Source: Candidatus Heimdallarchaeota archaeon B3_Heim (GTDB lineage Archaea; Asgardarchaeota; Heimdallarchaeia; Hodarchaeales; Hodarchaeaceae). Taken from it: 32,000 nt of DNA. Positions 17,485 to 26,535 of this stretch are shown in pieces. The stretch covers positions 47,780 through 79,779 of the forward strand of contig NJBF01000016.1 of assembly GCA_003144275.1 (NCBI GenBank), written 5' to 3'. The notes below the pieces were generated by a model. That model saw only the letters and a list, made by a program, of their open reading frames with translations. It was not told the origin of the DNA and ran no database searches. The translations under genes were made by a program, and so were the position numbers. Each line of letters opens with the position of its first letter. Positions within the stretch are counted from its first letter, which is position 1.

Positions 17485-18675
17485 TTATTCAAAGAACAAA
17501 AGCTCTAATGTTTCTTTCATAGGGGAGGAAAGACGATAGTAAACTTCTCTACCTTCCTTGAAATAGGAAATGATCCCCGCTTTCAAAAGGGTCTGACATT
17601 GATACGTTAAGGAAGAATCTTTAATTCCTGACCTCTCCTGGAGCTCTGAACGCTGAATTGAACCCTCGAAATAATCAAGAAAGATCATCTCCTCTAAAAT
17701 TTCCTTCTTAGGAAGCGCATTCTTTTTTATACGAGTTAAAGAACGGGTAAATGATGGAGAAATGGCTTTTAATGGATCTATTATAGGCCAGAACTCTCCT
17801 CCAGATTCATCTTTTTCTTCTTGAACGATTCGAGCATTATTATCGATAATAAGTCTTAGAGCTTTCTCGAAACTCAATCTAGATACTACACTTTGAAAAT
17901 CATCGAGAGTAATTTTTTGGACCTTGTTTCGATCAATAACTTTGAGAGGGATATTTCTAATTATCCAAAGAGCAAGTCCTGGAAGACCCAATGATAGAAT
18001 ACCTGCATAGCGCAATATATTCATAGGTAGGAATTGTGTACTTTCAAGGAAATCCATCCTTTCCTTTAATATTTGGACGATTTCGGTATGACTAGGCTTT
18101 TTATAATGGAAGAAGAGCGGTTTATGGTCAAATAATACCAACTCCTCACTTTTTGACCGTCTTCTTAACCAATGATCTTCAATTGAATTTAATAATGTCA
18201 CAATAACTATTTTATCATGGCTAGAGCGTCGGAGAAGATCCTGGAAGGAAGTAAATGATAAATCATCCCAAATTGGAAAGATATCATCCAAGAAGAATAT
18301 CTGCGTCGAGGAAAAATCTGTCTCCTCCCACCACTCCCAAAATTTATGATCGTACTGAACATAACAAGAATAGTTAGGACCGACTATACTATTAATTTCC
18401 TGAGAAATAAAACGTGCAGCAGAAGATTTTCCGATTCTTCGTGGCCCCAAAAGTGTTAAGGAAAGGATTTCATTTGGTAAAGGTGTAGCATTTACCATTT
18501 GTCCAAGTAAGTGGCTTAATCTCTGAATTTCAGAAGTATTGATGTAACACTGAGGAAAAGAAATAGGGAAGTCATCCTGAAAAACATTATTAAGCATCTG
18601 ACTAAAATTTAATTGCTCACGCCAATGCCGCGAGTGTTTTTTGCCTTCTAGAAATAATTTACCAGGAGAATCCAA
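17485..18675 (-). CDS. AAA+/P-loop ATPase fused to a C-terminal ArsR-like winged HTH
   Basis: Walker A 'GPRRIGKS', Walker B 'FFLDD', lid 'EIVQILKERM...GLPGLAL', wHTH 'RSELQERSGIKDSSLTYQCQTLLKAGII...GREVYYRL'. Confidence 0.8.
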   Translation of the reverse strand: MDSPGKLFLEGKKHSRHWREQLNFSQMLNNVFQDDFPISFPQCYINTSEIQRLSHLLGQMVNATPLPNEILSLTLLGPRRIGKSSAARFISQEINSIVGPNYSCYVQYDHKFWEWWEETDFSSTQIFFLDDIFPIWDDLSFTSFQDLLRRSSHDKIVIVTLLNSIEDHWLRRRSKSEELVLFDHKPLFFHYKKPSHTEIVQILKERMDFLESTQFLPMNILRYAGILSLGLPGLALWIIRNIPLKVIDRNKVQKITLDDFQSVVSRLSFEKALRLIIDNNARIVQEEKDESGGEFWPIIDPLKAISPSFTRSLTRIKKNALPKKEILEEMIFLDYFEGSIQRSELQERSGIKDSSLTYQCQTLLKAGIISYFKEGREVYYRLSSPMKETLELLFFE

Positions 18676-19135
18676 CTAAGAAGCCTCTAGTGATGTAATA
18701 TATATTCGAACTATTTAAATTATTTGAATTTTCCTTGTATATTAGAAAAACCGACTTAAATATGAAATTCTAATTTTATTGTCCTAAACATACAAAATTT
18801 CCGTTTATCTCCTTGTACATCTACCATACAACCAATATTCTACAAAATACTAACTATTAAAGATACTAGTATATTAAATTAATTTAAATGGTAATTCTAG
18901 ATCATTAACTTAGAGAGTTACTTTTGGGATCCTGGAAATCAAATATAGAAGTTATTATCAAATTTCATATTGTATAGTGACAAGTGAAAAAAAAATTATC
19001 ATTGGAAAAAAGTTAATTAACTTATGGATTATTCATTTTGAACATCCATTCTGATGCGGGGTGCTGAAGGTGACAATCACCGATTAAAAAAAAACACCAT
19101 CGCAGCTTGGCATTCAAAAAGTAAAGAAATCAAGG

Positions 19136-19339
19136 ATGATCCAATTTAAGTCAGTAACTAGTCTTGTATACTCCTTTGGAATAACATGCGTCTTTGATCT
19201 TATTCTAACAGTCCTCTATCCAGAGTTTTTTCCAGAAAAATTTGAAATCGTTTCTCAGATTGCATTTTTTCTTGCAGTTTTTTGTGTAATAACCTTAATC
19301 CGTCTACAAATTTTCCTTACAGATTATAAATTCTATTAA
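19136..19339 (+). CDS. Small two-TM hypothetical membrane protein
   Basis: 67-aa ATG ORF with two clean hydrophobic stretches separated by 'YPEFFPEKFE'; it does not overlap other genes. Confidence 0.45.
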   Translation: MIQFKSVTSLVYSFGITCVFDLILTVLYPEFFPEKFEIVSQIAFFLAVFCVITLIRLQIFLTDYKFY

Positions 19340-19443
19340 ATTTAGAGATGATCCGTGAAAGAAGACTAATAGTATTTTTCTTAAGTAGTCAGATTATAAT
19401 ATGAAGACTCTTTAGATCCTCTACCATCCATGAATGATGTATT

Positions 19444-20625
19444 ATGCGATCTCGTTTGCAATGTATTGTGAATGAAGGTATAAAATCTGCTGTATCATTT
19501 ACACACGATCTAGGGTCTCTGAAATACATATTCTTTCTTCTAATTTCTCTCCACTTAGTTTTGGGGGTATTCTTCCTTCCATTATTCTCGAGTGATTTTG
19601 AAAGGAACCTTTTTTATGGGGAAGCCTTTTGGAAACATGGTTTTCAGGTTTATGACATGACGCCACTCGAGATCGATCCTGGTTACTCGATTGGTGATCC
19701 CACCTCGGGGATTCTATCATATCCAAATACAACTTTTGATTATCCAACTCTCCAGTTATTATTTTGGGTTGGAATTGCGGCCCTGCCCTTTCCTCAAATC
19801 ACAGCGAAATGGATTTTGTCAATCTTTGATATATTTAATACGATCTTGATCTTTGAGCTATTGAAACGGTTTTCGCGTAACGAAAATGGTAGTGAGAAAT
19901 CTGAATTATTTGAAAAAGGATTTGCTCTCTCGTATCTCTTATTTGCTATTCCCTTCTCTGCTATTGAAGGACAATCTACTTCTATTACCATTTTTTTCTT
20001 TTTAATTTCGATAGCATTGTATTCTCGTAATAATCAAGCGAGTTATTTGGCCGTTGGCCTTGGTTTCCACTGGAAATATGTAACATTGCTTATTCTTCCG
20101 TATTTACTTGTGAAGGATATCGGTTCGGTGAAAAAAATGTTGAGTGGCCTTGGTTATCTTGTTGGTTCTTTAATTTTATTGTCCTTCCCACTATTCTATT
20201 CCCAGTTTATATTGTCATACTTTAGTTTTTTTGGGAACTTATCTCAATACTCTGGGCAAATCCCCTCTAATCCTTTGTTGATATCGAAATTGTATATATC
20301 ATCAATTCTATCGACTGGAATGCTACTATTGGGTATTTTTTTCTGGTTAAAACCAGTTTTAAGGAATAAAAAGATCTCATTCGATATTCAAGGAATAATA
20401 GATCGGGGATATTGGATTCCTTTACTCTTACTTCTTTTATTTTTAAAAATATATGCAAATTCATTTCCTTGGTACTGGATGTGGTTTTATTCGTTAATTG
20501 TCATTCTTCCAAGGAAAGACCGACGCTTATTTACTAAATTATTTGCGATTACTTTTGCGTTTGGTTTAGTCGACTTTGTAGATATGACTGTGGGGTTTGA
20601 GACTTTTTTCGGTTTTTTTTCTTAA
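19444..20625 (+). CDS. Polytopic GT-C-fold glycosyltransferase (GT87/PIG-M-like); start uncertain
   Basis: Acidic motif 'SSDFER' after TM1, 'YP..TFDYPTLQLLF', 'EGQ', 'LGFHWKY..L.ILP', 'FPWY..W', and roughly ten hydrophobic segments. Confidence 0.65.
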   Translation: MRSRLQCIVNEGIKSAVSFTHDLGSLKYIFFLLISLHLVLGVFFLPLFSSDFERNLFYGEAFWKHGFQVYDMTPLEIDPGYSIGDPTSGILSYPNTTFDYPTLQLLFWVGIAALPFPQITAKWILSIFDIFNTILIFELLKRFSRNENGSEKSELFEKGFALSYLLFAIPFSAIEGQSTSITIFFFLISIALYSRNNQASYLAVGLGFHWKYVTLLILPYLLVKDIGSVKKMLSGLGYLVGSLILLSFPLFYSQFILSYFSFFGNLSQYSGQIPSNPLLISKLYISSILSTGMLLLGIFFWLKPVLRNKKISFDIQGIIDRGYWIPLLLLLLFLKIYANSFPWYWMWFYSLIVILPRKDRRLFTKLFAITFAFGLVDFVDMTVGFETFFGFFS

Positions 20626-20660
20626 GGATGTAAACGTAGAGATCCTCTTACCTGTTATTA

Positions 20661-22031
20661 CTAATGTCCAAGATTGAGGCTACGTCCACGTGAGGGGAGT
20701 ATCAACGGAATGTCAACAATATCTTTATACTTCTCTGGATGTTCACTATGAATAGGGATTAAGATTTCTGGAGCAATTTCTTCAACGATATGCTTTAAAT
20801 CCTTGCGAGGGGCATGCCCTGAAGCATGAAATTGATGAAAATCAAGCTTAAAAGCTTCAACCCATTTCATCATTCGTTTATAGTCAATTAATCCCTCTTC
20901 AGAGAAAGGATCTCCATGTGAATAGAAATAAGTAGCTGACTTTGGTTTTATATCAATTAAATCCGTTAGATTCCAAAAATCACAATGGAAAATATATTCT
21001 TCTTGAGCGAAATTGGGGTTATCAACAATTGTAATTGAAGGGTCGTTAATAATTTCCTGTTCCCAGCGATAGTATCGTCCTTTTGGTCGTTGATAAACCT
21101 CGATATTAGGGTCATCAAAGGATGGAATATCCAAATGTATATCTTTTTGCAATAATTTCAACAAGTGTGCCTGTTTCAAATTAATCAAGAGTTTTCGTGA
21201 GTTTGTTGAGGCAGCAAAATAGAAACTTCTAAACCTGTCTAAGTCTCTTAACGTGTAATTTGCAATTGCCAAACCTTCGGTCATTTGAATAGTTTCCGAT
21301 ACATCTTGTTGTACCTGTGGCTCATTTAAGTCAAAATCCTCATCAACATTGGTCCCTTCCATTAATAAAATCTTTACCCCCTTCTTCTTAGCGATATTAA
21401 TGAAGTCAGTTGTAAGATCTTTTCGCCATCCATGTAATCTCACATCACCTGAATAACCTATCACTAAATCATCTTTACGATCTTCAATTATAAAACCATA
21501 AGCTCCTGGGATAGAATGATCTACATGAACTGGGGTAATGGTTAATCCCAAAATCTGGATTGTATCTCCAGTACGAAATGTTCGTACATTAGATGGAGTA
21601 TTATCAGACGGGGGTCGAATAAACGGTCTTCCAAATCTAGGTCGTGATGTTTCCTGAACAGAGGTTAGTATAGTTTTTGCAGTTTCCCCCATATAGACAG
21701 GAATATCTTCTGATAGGAGATTAATGTTTCCGTAGTGATCCATATGAGCATGTGATAAGAAACAACCCTGAATGTTCTTAATATCTCCCGGAAAACTTAC
21801 ATTGAAGTCGTCGGAGTATAATCCATTCATTTTAGGTAAAATATTAAATTCCAGGAAATCGGTTAACCCTTGGCTTGTACGTGGTTGTAAATATCCTGCA
21901 TAATAAATCCCTTCGTTTTTAAAAGAACGACCAAAATCTAACAGGAGACTGGCCTTTCCTGCCTCAAGAAGAAAACAATTACCCCCAATTTCATCAATAC
22001 CACCATAGGGTGTTAGTTTCATCATAATCAT
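20661..22031 (-). CDS. MBL-fold beta-CASP nuclease, RNase J-like
   Basis: 'YGGIDEIGGN', 'LLDFG', 'HAHMDH', 'HSIPG', 'SGDVR', 'MEGT', 'HASGH', 'PIHSE'. Confidence 0.9.
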   Translation of the reverse strand: MIMMKLTPYGGIDEIGGNCFLLEAGKASLLLDFGRSFKNEGIYYAGYLQPRTSQGLTDFLEFNILPKMNGLYSDDFNVSFPGDIKNIQGCFLSHAHMDHYGNINLLSEDIPVYMGETAKTILTSVQETSRPRFGRPFIRPPSDNTPSNVRTFRTGDTIQILGLTITPVHVDHSIPGAYGFIIEDRKDDLVIGYSGDVRLHGWRKDLTTDFINIAKKKGVKILLMEGTNVDEDFDLNEPQVQQDVSETIQMTEGLAIANYTLRDLDRFRSFYFAASTNSRKLLINLKQAHLLKLLQKDIHLDIPSFDDPNIEVYQRPKGRYYRWEQEIINDPSITIVDNPNFAQEEYIFHCDFWNLTDLIDIKPKSATYFYSHGDPFSEEGLIDYKRMMKWVEAFKLDFHQFHASGHAPRKDLKHIVEEIAPEILIPIHSEHPEKYKDIVDIPLILPSRGRSLNLGH

Positions 22032-22055
22032 TCCTAATTTTTCTTGTTGTTTTTC

Positions 22056-22853
22056 TTACTTCCGTTTCTTCAAAATTAAAGCATAATGGTGATGGACATT
22101 GGAAACAAAACTATATGGATAGCCATACGGTCTCAAATTTTTCTGATTTTGTAACCAAATTCGTTCTCCCAAAAAGGAATACCATTTTGTTAGACGTAGG
22201 GGGAGTTCGAAGGCGAGAGGTATCATTTCCCCCTTATCCCTGACATTTTGGATAAATACAATTAGATGGCCTTGGGGAAGTAATAGTTCATGAATTTTAG
22301 TGAATATATCTACCAATTCATTTAGGAAATCTTCTTTTTCTTCTATCATTCCTAAATCAAGAGGGTTTTGCCCATATTGGAGATCGAGACCTTTTTCTAA
22401 TCGCTCTTGTTGATTATAATCTTTTTTTTTCTTTAATATTCGCCAATATGGAGGAGAGGTGATGCAAAGAGAAAAAGATTGTTTTTCTAAAGTGGGTAGA
22501 AGTATTCGGACATCACCTTCAAGAACAGGGAACTTTGTTCTAGATTTTGCAGTTTTAAAATACTTAGGATAAAGTTCTATACCAATACCCTTTCTTGCTG
22601 TGTTTTCACAAGCAACTAAAGTCGATCCTGTCCCCAAAAATGGATCTAGTACTATTTCACCAGGTTTCGTGAAAAAATTGATGAATTCTTCTATCATGGA
22701 GGGAGGAAATGACGCAGGATGTAAATCAATCTCATGTGAAATGTCACTTGGTTTACCATCGGCTATAAACCAAGATTTTGTAAAACGAATCCACTCTTTC
22801 CCCGAGAGTGCGTTTAGCTTATTCCGAGGATCAATCTTTCCTGAATCTTTCAT
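22056..22853 (-). CDS. Compact amino-methyltransferase (N4-cytosine DNA MTase-like, SPPY)
   Basis: Motif I 'VLDPFLGTGSTL' precedes motif IV 'ITSPPYW' by about 60 aa. N-terminal 'LNALSGKEWI.FTKSW', 'HPASFP'. Likely ATG at 22853. Confidence 0.88.
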   Translation of the reverse strand: MKDSGKIDPRNKLNALSGKEWIRFTKSWFIADGKPSDISHEIDLHPASFPPSMIEEFINFFTKPGEIVLDPFLGTGSTLVACENTARKGIGIELYPKYFKTAKSRTKFPVLEGDVRILLPTLEKQSFSLCITSPPYWRILKKKKDYNQQERLEKGLDLQYGQNPLDLGMIEEKEDFLNELVDIFTKIHELLLPQGHLIVFIQNVRDKGEMIPLAFELPLRLTKWYSFLGERIWLQNQKNLRPYGYPYSFVSNVHHHYALILKKRK

Positions 22854-22921
22854 CACTATCCACTCTCTCAATCCATTTTTCTAAGTTAAAAATATATAAT
22901 AAAAAGGTACGGTGGGGAATC

Positions 22922-23569
22922 ATGCCTAAGATTCAGTGTATTATATTTGATGTGGACGGGACATTACTTGACAATACAAATTTCATTATATCCTTATTTC
23001 AGGATACTGTAATAAACTATCTTGGACCATCAAAAAGTATGTCAAGGAATGAAGTTTTGTCATTATGGGGTCCTCCTGGAGATGAAATCTTTAGAAAAGT
23101 ATTTCCAGCAGAGGTAGTTGACGAAGCATGGTCAGAATTTCTAATTAAGTATCGTAACACTCATCCAAAAACGGGTTTTTTTTCTCGTGTGGAATTGAAT
23201 AACTTTCGGAAATATGTTCAATATCTAGCAATTTTTACCGGTAAATCACGGTATACTAATACCATCTCTTTAGAAGAATTGGATATTACTGATTGTTTCG
23301 ACCTTATCTATACTGGAAGTGATGTGGAAAATTCAAAACCCCATCCTGATGCACTGTTTCTTATATTAGAAGATTTAGAACTGAATCCAGATAAAGTAAT
23401 CTTTATTGGGGATAGTCATCTTGATATCATTGCTGGAAAGGCTGCAGGTATTCCAACTGCTGGGGCGGAATGGGGAGCAGTTGAGTTGGAAAAGCTTCTC
23501 CAAAGCAAGCCTGATCATGTTTTTAAGACTCCAAATGACTTTATCAAGTTCATAGAAAGCGCTTCATGA
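22922..23569 (+). CDS. HAD-superfamily IA hydrolase (Gph/PpaX-like phosphatase)
   Basis: 'IIFDVDGTLLD', 'FTGK', 'KPHPD', 'IGDSHLDIIAG'. True start is ATG 22922; the tracked upstream extension overlaps the MTase on the other strand. Confidence 0.93.
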   Translation: MPKIQCIIFDVDGTLLDNTNFIISLFQDTVINYLGPSKSMSRNEVLSLWGPPGDEIFRKVFPAEVVDEAWSEFLIKYRNTHPKTGFFSRVELNNFRKYVQYLAIFTGKSRYTNTISLEELDITDCFDLIYTGSDVENSKPHPDALFLILEDLELNPDKVIFIGDSHLDIIAGKAAGIPTAGAEWGAVELEKLLQSKPDHVFKTPNDFIKFIESAS

Positions 23570-23584
23570 TTTGGTCTTGATTTT

Positions 23585-25729
23585 ATGACTAAAAAAATGA
23601 TTGAAACCACTTTTCCAATCATTGAAATAAGTCAACTCGCCATACCTGAACGCAGTAGCTATAAACCGATTTATCAGATTTCTAAATGGTTTGCCCGACG
23701 ATCTTCGGCTATTTTTAGGGCCATTCTCCTTAGTTGTACTCTTAATTCATCAGAGAATTTCATGGACGAATTTTATAAAGCTAAGGATTGTTTCAACAAT
23801 TTAACTATTCTTGACCCATTTATGGGAGGAGGAACAACAATTATAGAAGCTTTAAGGCTTGGTATGAAATGTATCGGAGTTGATATTAATCCAGTTGCAT
23901 GGTTTATCACTAAAACTGAGAGTACTATGGTTGATATAGAAGAACTTCAAGCTTTAATCATAAAATGTGAAGAAAACCTTGAAAGTCAAGTGAAAAAATG
24001 GTATAAAACCTCCTGTCCAGTATGTAAGAATTCCGCTGATATAATTTACACTCATTGGGTCAAATGCTTACCTTGCCCGACATGTAATTCAATCATCCCT
24101 ATGTTTCGTAATTTTCTTGTCGGATATTTGGCCAATGAAGCAATCCTCCTTTGCCCCTCATGTTATGCAGTATTTTCTTCAAATAAACCGATTACATCAG
24201 ATAATAGATGTCCTGATTGTACCCAAAAATTCAAACCGAGTGCGGGTATTAGAAAGGGTAGAAAATTACTCGAATGTCCTGATTGCGGAAATTTTGTTAA
24301 TATCTTAAACTCTATTCGTTCGATTAAGACTCCTCTCGCTTGCAAACCATTTGCCATTGAAGGATATTGTTATCACTGTGCAAACGAGAAAGATCCTGAT
24401 TCAGACCTTGCAAAATCTAGATATAAATTTATCAAAAGAGTTTCACAAACGGACATGGATCTCTATAAGAAAGCTGAAGATCATTGGAATAATTATTCAG
24501 GCAACTTTCTTTGGCCAAGGGAAGATATCCCGATTGGCAGAACAACAAAGGTCTTATTAAATCATAACTATACTAAATGGGTTGACCTATTTACTTACCG
24601 TCAATTATTAACTTTGAGTATAATATTAAACTTCATTAAAGACATTGAAGAAGAACATCTCCAAGAGATGTTTTTAGCGGCATTTCTAAACCTCTTAAAT
24701 CACAACAATTCGTTTACAAGGTATTCTCCTAAAGGGCAAAAAGTCGAGGGGATATTTTCTCGCCATGATTTTCACCCTTTGTCGACATTTGCTGAAAATA
24801 ATGTGTGGGGGACGAGATATGGCCGTGGAACTTGGATCAAATGCCTCAAGAGATTACTAGAAGGGAAGAAGTACAACCATGAACCCTATAATTTTACATC
24901 TGTAAATTCCAAAGAAAAGATCTCTAAGCGTCGAAGAATCGTTTCTGGAAAAATTGATGGAAAAGTATACAATGGAGAAATTAAGAATTTTCCTGGCGAA
25001 AAAAGTAATTTACTTCTTCTGTGTCAAGACTCTGAAAAACTTCCCTTGTTTACAAATGGCGTTGACCTTTTAATATCTGATCCCCCGTATGCTGATAATG
25101 TAAATTATTCAGAACTATCTGATTTCTTATATGTTTGGATTCGATTAATATTACAGGAAAAATACCCATTTTTTATTCCAGTTGAGACTCCAAAATTGGG
25201 AGAGGCAATAGAAACAAAAAATAGAGATACTGATTACTATTCCAAACTCTTTAATATTTTTAGAAGCTGTGAGAAACAGCTCACCCCAGGTGGGTTGTTT
25301 GTATTTACATTTCATCATGGTAATCCTGATACTTGGTTTAAACTTGCTGATGTAATTGATTCATCTGGTTTTAGCGTTGTTAAAACCCATGCTTTGCAGA
25401 GTGAAGCCTTGAATGTTCTGAATATCCAAAATAAGAAAGCCGTGTCTTATGATTTGATACTTGTTTGCCAGCAGAATCAACAAAAAAGGAAAAAAACCAT
25501 TAATTTATCAGAATTTGTAGGACGGTTAAGCGAGAATTATGATAAGAAATTTGCCTTTTATACTGAGATAGGTCTCACAATACATACAAACAATGTGATA
25601 GTTGTATTCTTTGGTGAATATTTAGAACTTATTTCAAAGGTACAACCAGTAAACTGGGCAGACTCAATTGCTAAATCTGATCTAAGAAAAATTTGTAAAG
25701 ACCTTTTCTTAAGTAAAATTATTGCCTGA
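23585..25729 (+). CDS. DUF1156/COG1743-type adenine DNA methyltransferase with Zn ribbons
   Basis: 'IYQISKWFARRS', motif I 'LDPFMGGGTT', 'DINPVAWF', six CxxC pairs, motif IV 'SDPPYADNVNYSELSDF', 'VFTFHH'. Confidence 0.9.
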   Translation: MTKKMIETTFPIIEISQLAIPERSSYKPIYQISKWFARRSSAIFRAILLSCTLNSSENFMDEFYKAKDCFNNLTILDPFMGGGTTIIEALRLGMKCIGVDINPVAWFITKTESTMVDIEELQALIIKCEENLESQVKKWYKTSCPVCKNSADIIYTHWVKCLPCPTCNSIIPMFRNFLVGYLANEAILLCPSCYAVFSSNKPITSDNRCPDCTQKFKPSAGIRKGRKLLECPDCGNFVNILNSIRSIKTPLACKPFAIEGYCYHCANEKDPDSDLAKSRYKFIKRVSQTDMDLYKKAEDHWNNYSGNFLWPREDIPIGRTTKVLLNHNYTKWVDLFTYRQLLTLSIILNFIKDIEEEHLQEMFLAAFLNLLNHNNSFTRYSPKGQKVEGIFSRHDFHPLSTFAENNVWGTRYGRGTWIKCLKRLLEGKKYNHEPYNFTSVNSKEKISKRRRIVSGKIDGKVYNGEIKNFPGEKSNLLLLCQDSEKLPLFTNGVDLLISDPPYADNVNYSELSDFLYVWIRLILQEKYPFFIPVETPKLGEAIETKNRDTDYYSKLFNIFRSCEKQLTPGGLFVFTFHHGNPDTWFKLADVIDSSGFSVVKTHALQSEALNVLNIQNKKAVSYDLILVCQQNQQKRKKTINLSEFVGRLSENYDKKFAFYTEIGLTIHTNNVIVVFFGEYLELISKVQPVNWADSIAKSDLRKICKDLFLSKIIA

Positions 25730-25744
25730 TATTGAGTGTATAGC

Positions 25745-26518
25745 ATGAAGCACGAATCCAATTACAAACTAGTAATAGGAGATGTTAACCATGCTCTACC
25801 TAATATGGCAAAAAAACGTTTGTTTGATTTAATCATTGCTGACCCTCCATTTGGTATTTCCTTCAGCAAATCTTCTCATGAATATGGAGCAGACGAATAT
25901 CACCTATATAATGACGATTATACTACTAATAATTATTACGAATTTTCGAAAAAATGGATTTTAAATTGTTATAATGCGCTTAGTCCAACTGGAAGTCTTT
26001 ATATTATATCTGGGTGGACTAATCTTCAATACATTTTAAATGCACTTGAAACCACAGATTTTCATATGCTAAATCATGCGATATGGCATTTTTCATGGGG
26101 GGTCTACACGAAACGTCGCTTTGTTACAAGTCATTACCATATTTTATTGCTTGTAAAAAATCGTAAAAAATATCAGTTCTATAAACAAAAGCATTATGAT
26201 GAAGATGTTTTCTTTTGGCAGGAATACAATAGAGGGAATGACCCTCATCGTATTAAGGGACATCCTTGCCAACTTCCCATAGTTCTCCTAGAAAAATTAA
26301 TTTTAACCTCAAGTTCTGTAGGTGATCTAGTAGGAGATGTATTTTCTGGATCTGGAGGGACGATTCTAGCAGCGCGTAAGACTGAACGGGATGTAATAGG
26401 ATTCGAACTTAGAGAAGAATATAAACCCATTATCGAAAAGAAAGCGTTGTTTGGGAAATCTCTATACAAAGATTATCAGAAGAATACACTAGATTCTTAC
26501 TTAGAAACACAAGAATGA
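25745..26518 (+). CDS. Beta-class N6-adenine/N4-cytosine DNA methyltransferase
   Basis: Motif IV 'IADPPFG', then 'HPCQLP..LLEKLI', motif I 'DVFSGSGGT'. ATG at 25745. Confidence 0.92.
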   Translation: MKHESNYKLVIGDVNHALPNMAKKRLFDLIIADPPFGISFSKSSHEYGADEYHLYNDDYTTNNYYEFSKKWILNCYNALSPTGSLYIISGWTNLQYILNALETTDFHMLNHAIWHFSWGVYTKRRFVTSHYHILLLVKNRKKYQFYKQKHYDEDVFFWQEYNRGNDPHRIKGHPCQLPIVLLEKLILTSSSVGDLVGDVFSGSGGTILAARKTERDVIGFELREEYKPIIEKKALFGKSLYKDYQKNTLDSYLETQE

Positions 26519-26535
26519 GAGTATCCTCTCTCAAG

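Noticed and set aside
18863-18887. Adjacent perfect palindromes atactagtat and ttaaattaatttaa
   Set aside because: Almost pure A/T in a very AT-rich spacer, so expected by chance; no second copy was seen to support an operator.
19051-19110. Minus strand begins GCGATGGTGTT like a fluoride riboswitch; plus strand has GGGGTGCTGA like a TPP riboswitch
   Set aside because: The downstream conserved cores (GCURAUG; CUGAGA...ACCUGA) are missing and there is no crcB or thiamine gene downstream.
22808-22921. Tracked N-terminal extensions of the HAD ORF (from 22808) and the SPPY MTase (to 22871)
   Set aside because: They would make two divergent genes overlap head to head. ATGs at 22922 and 22853 give normal family N-termini and leave a 68-bp promoter gap.
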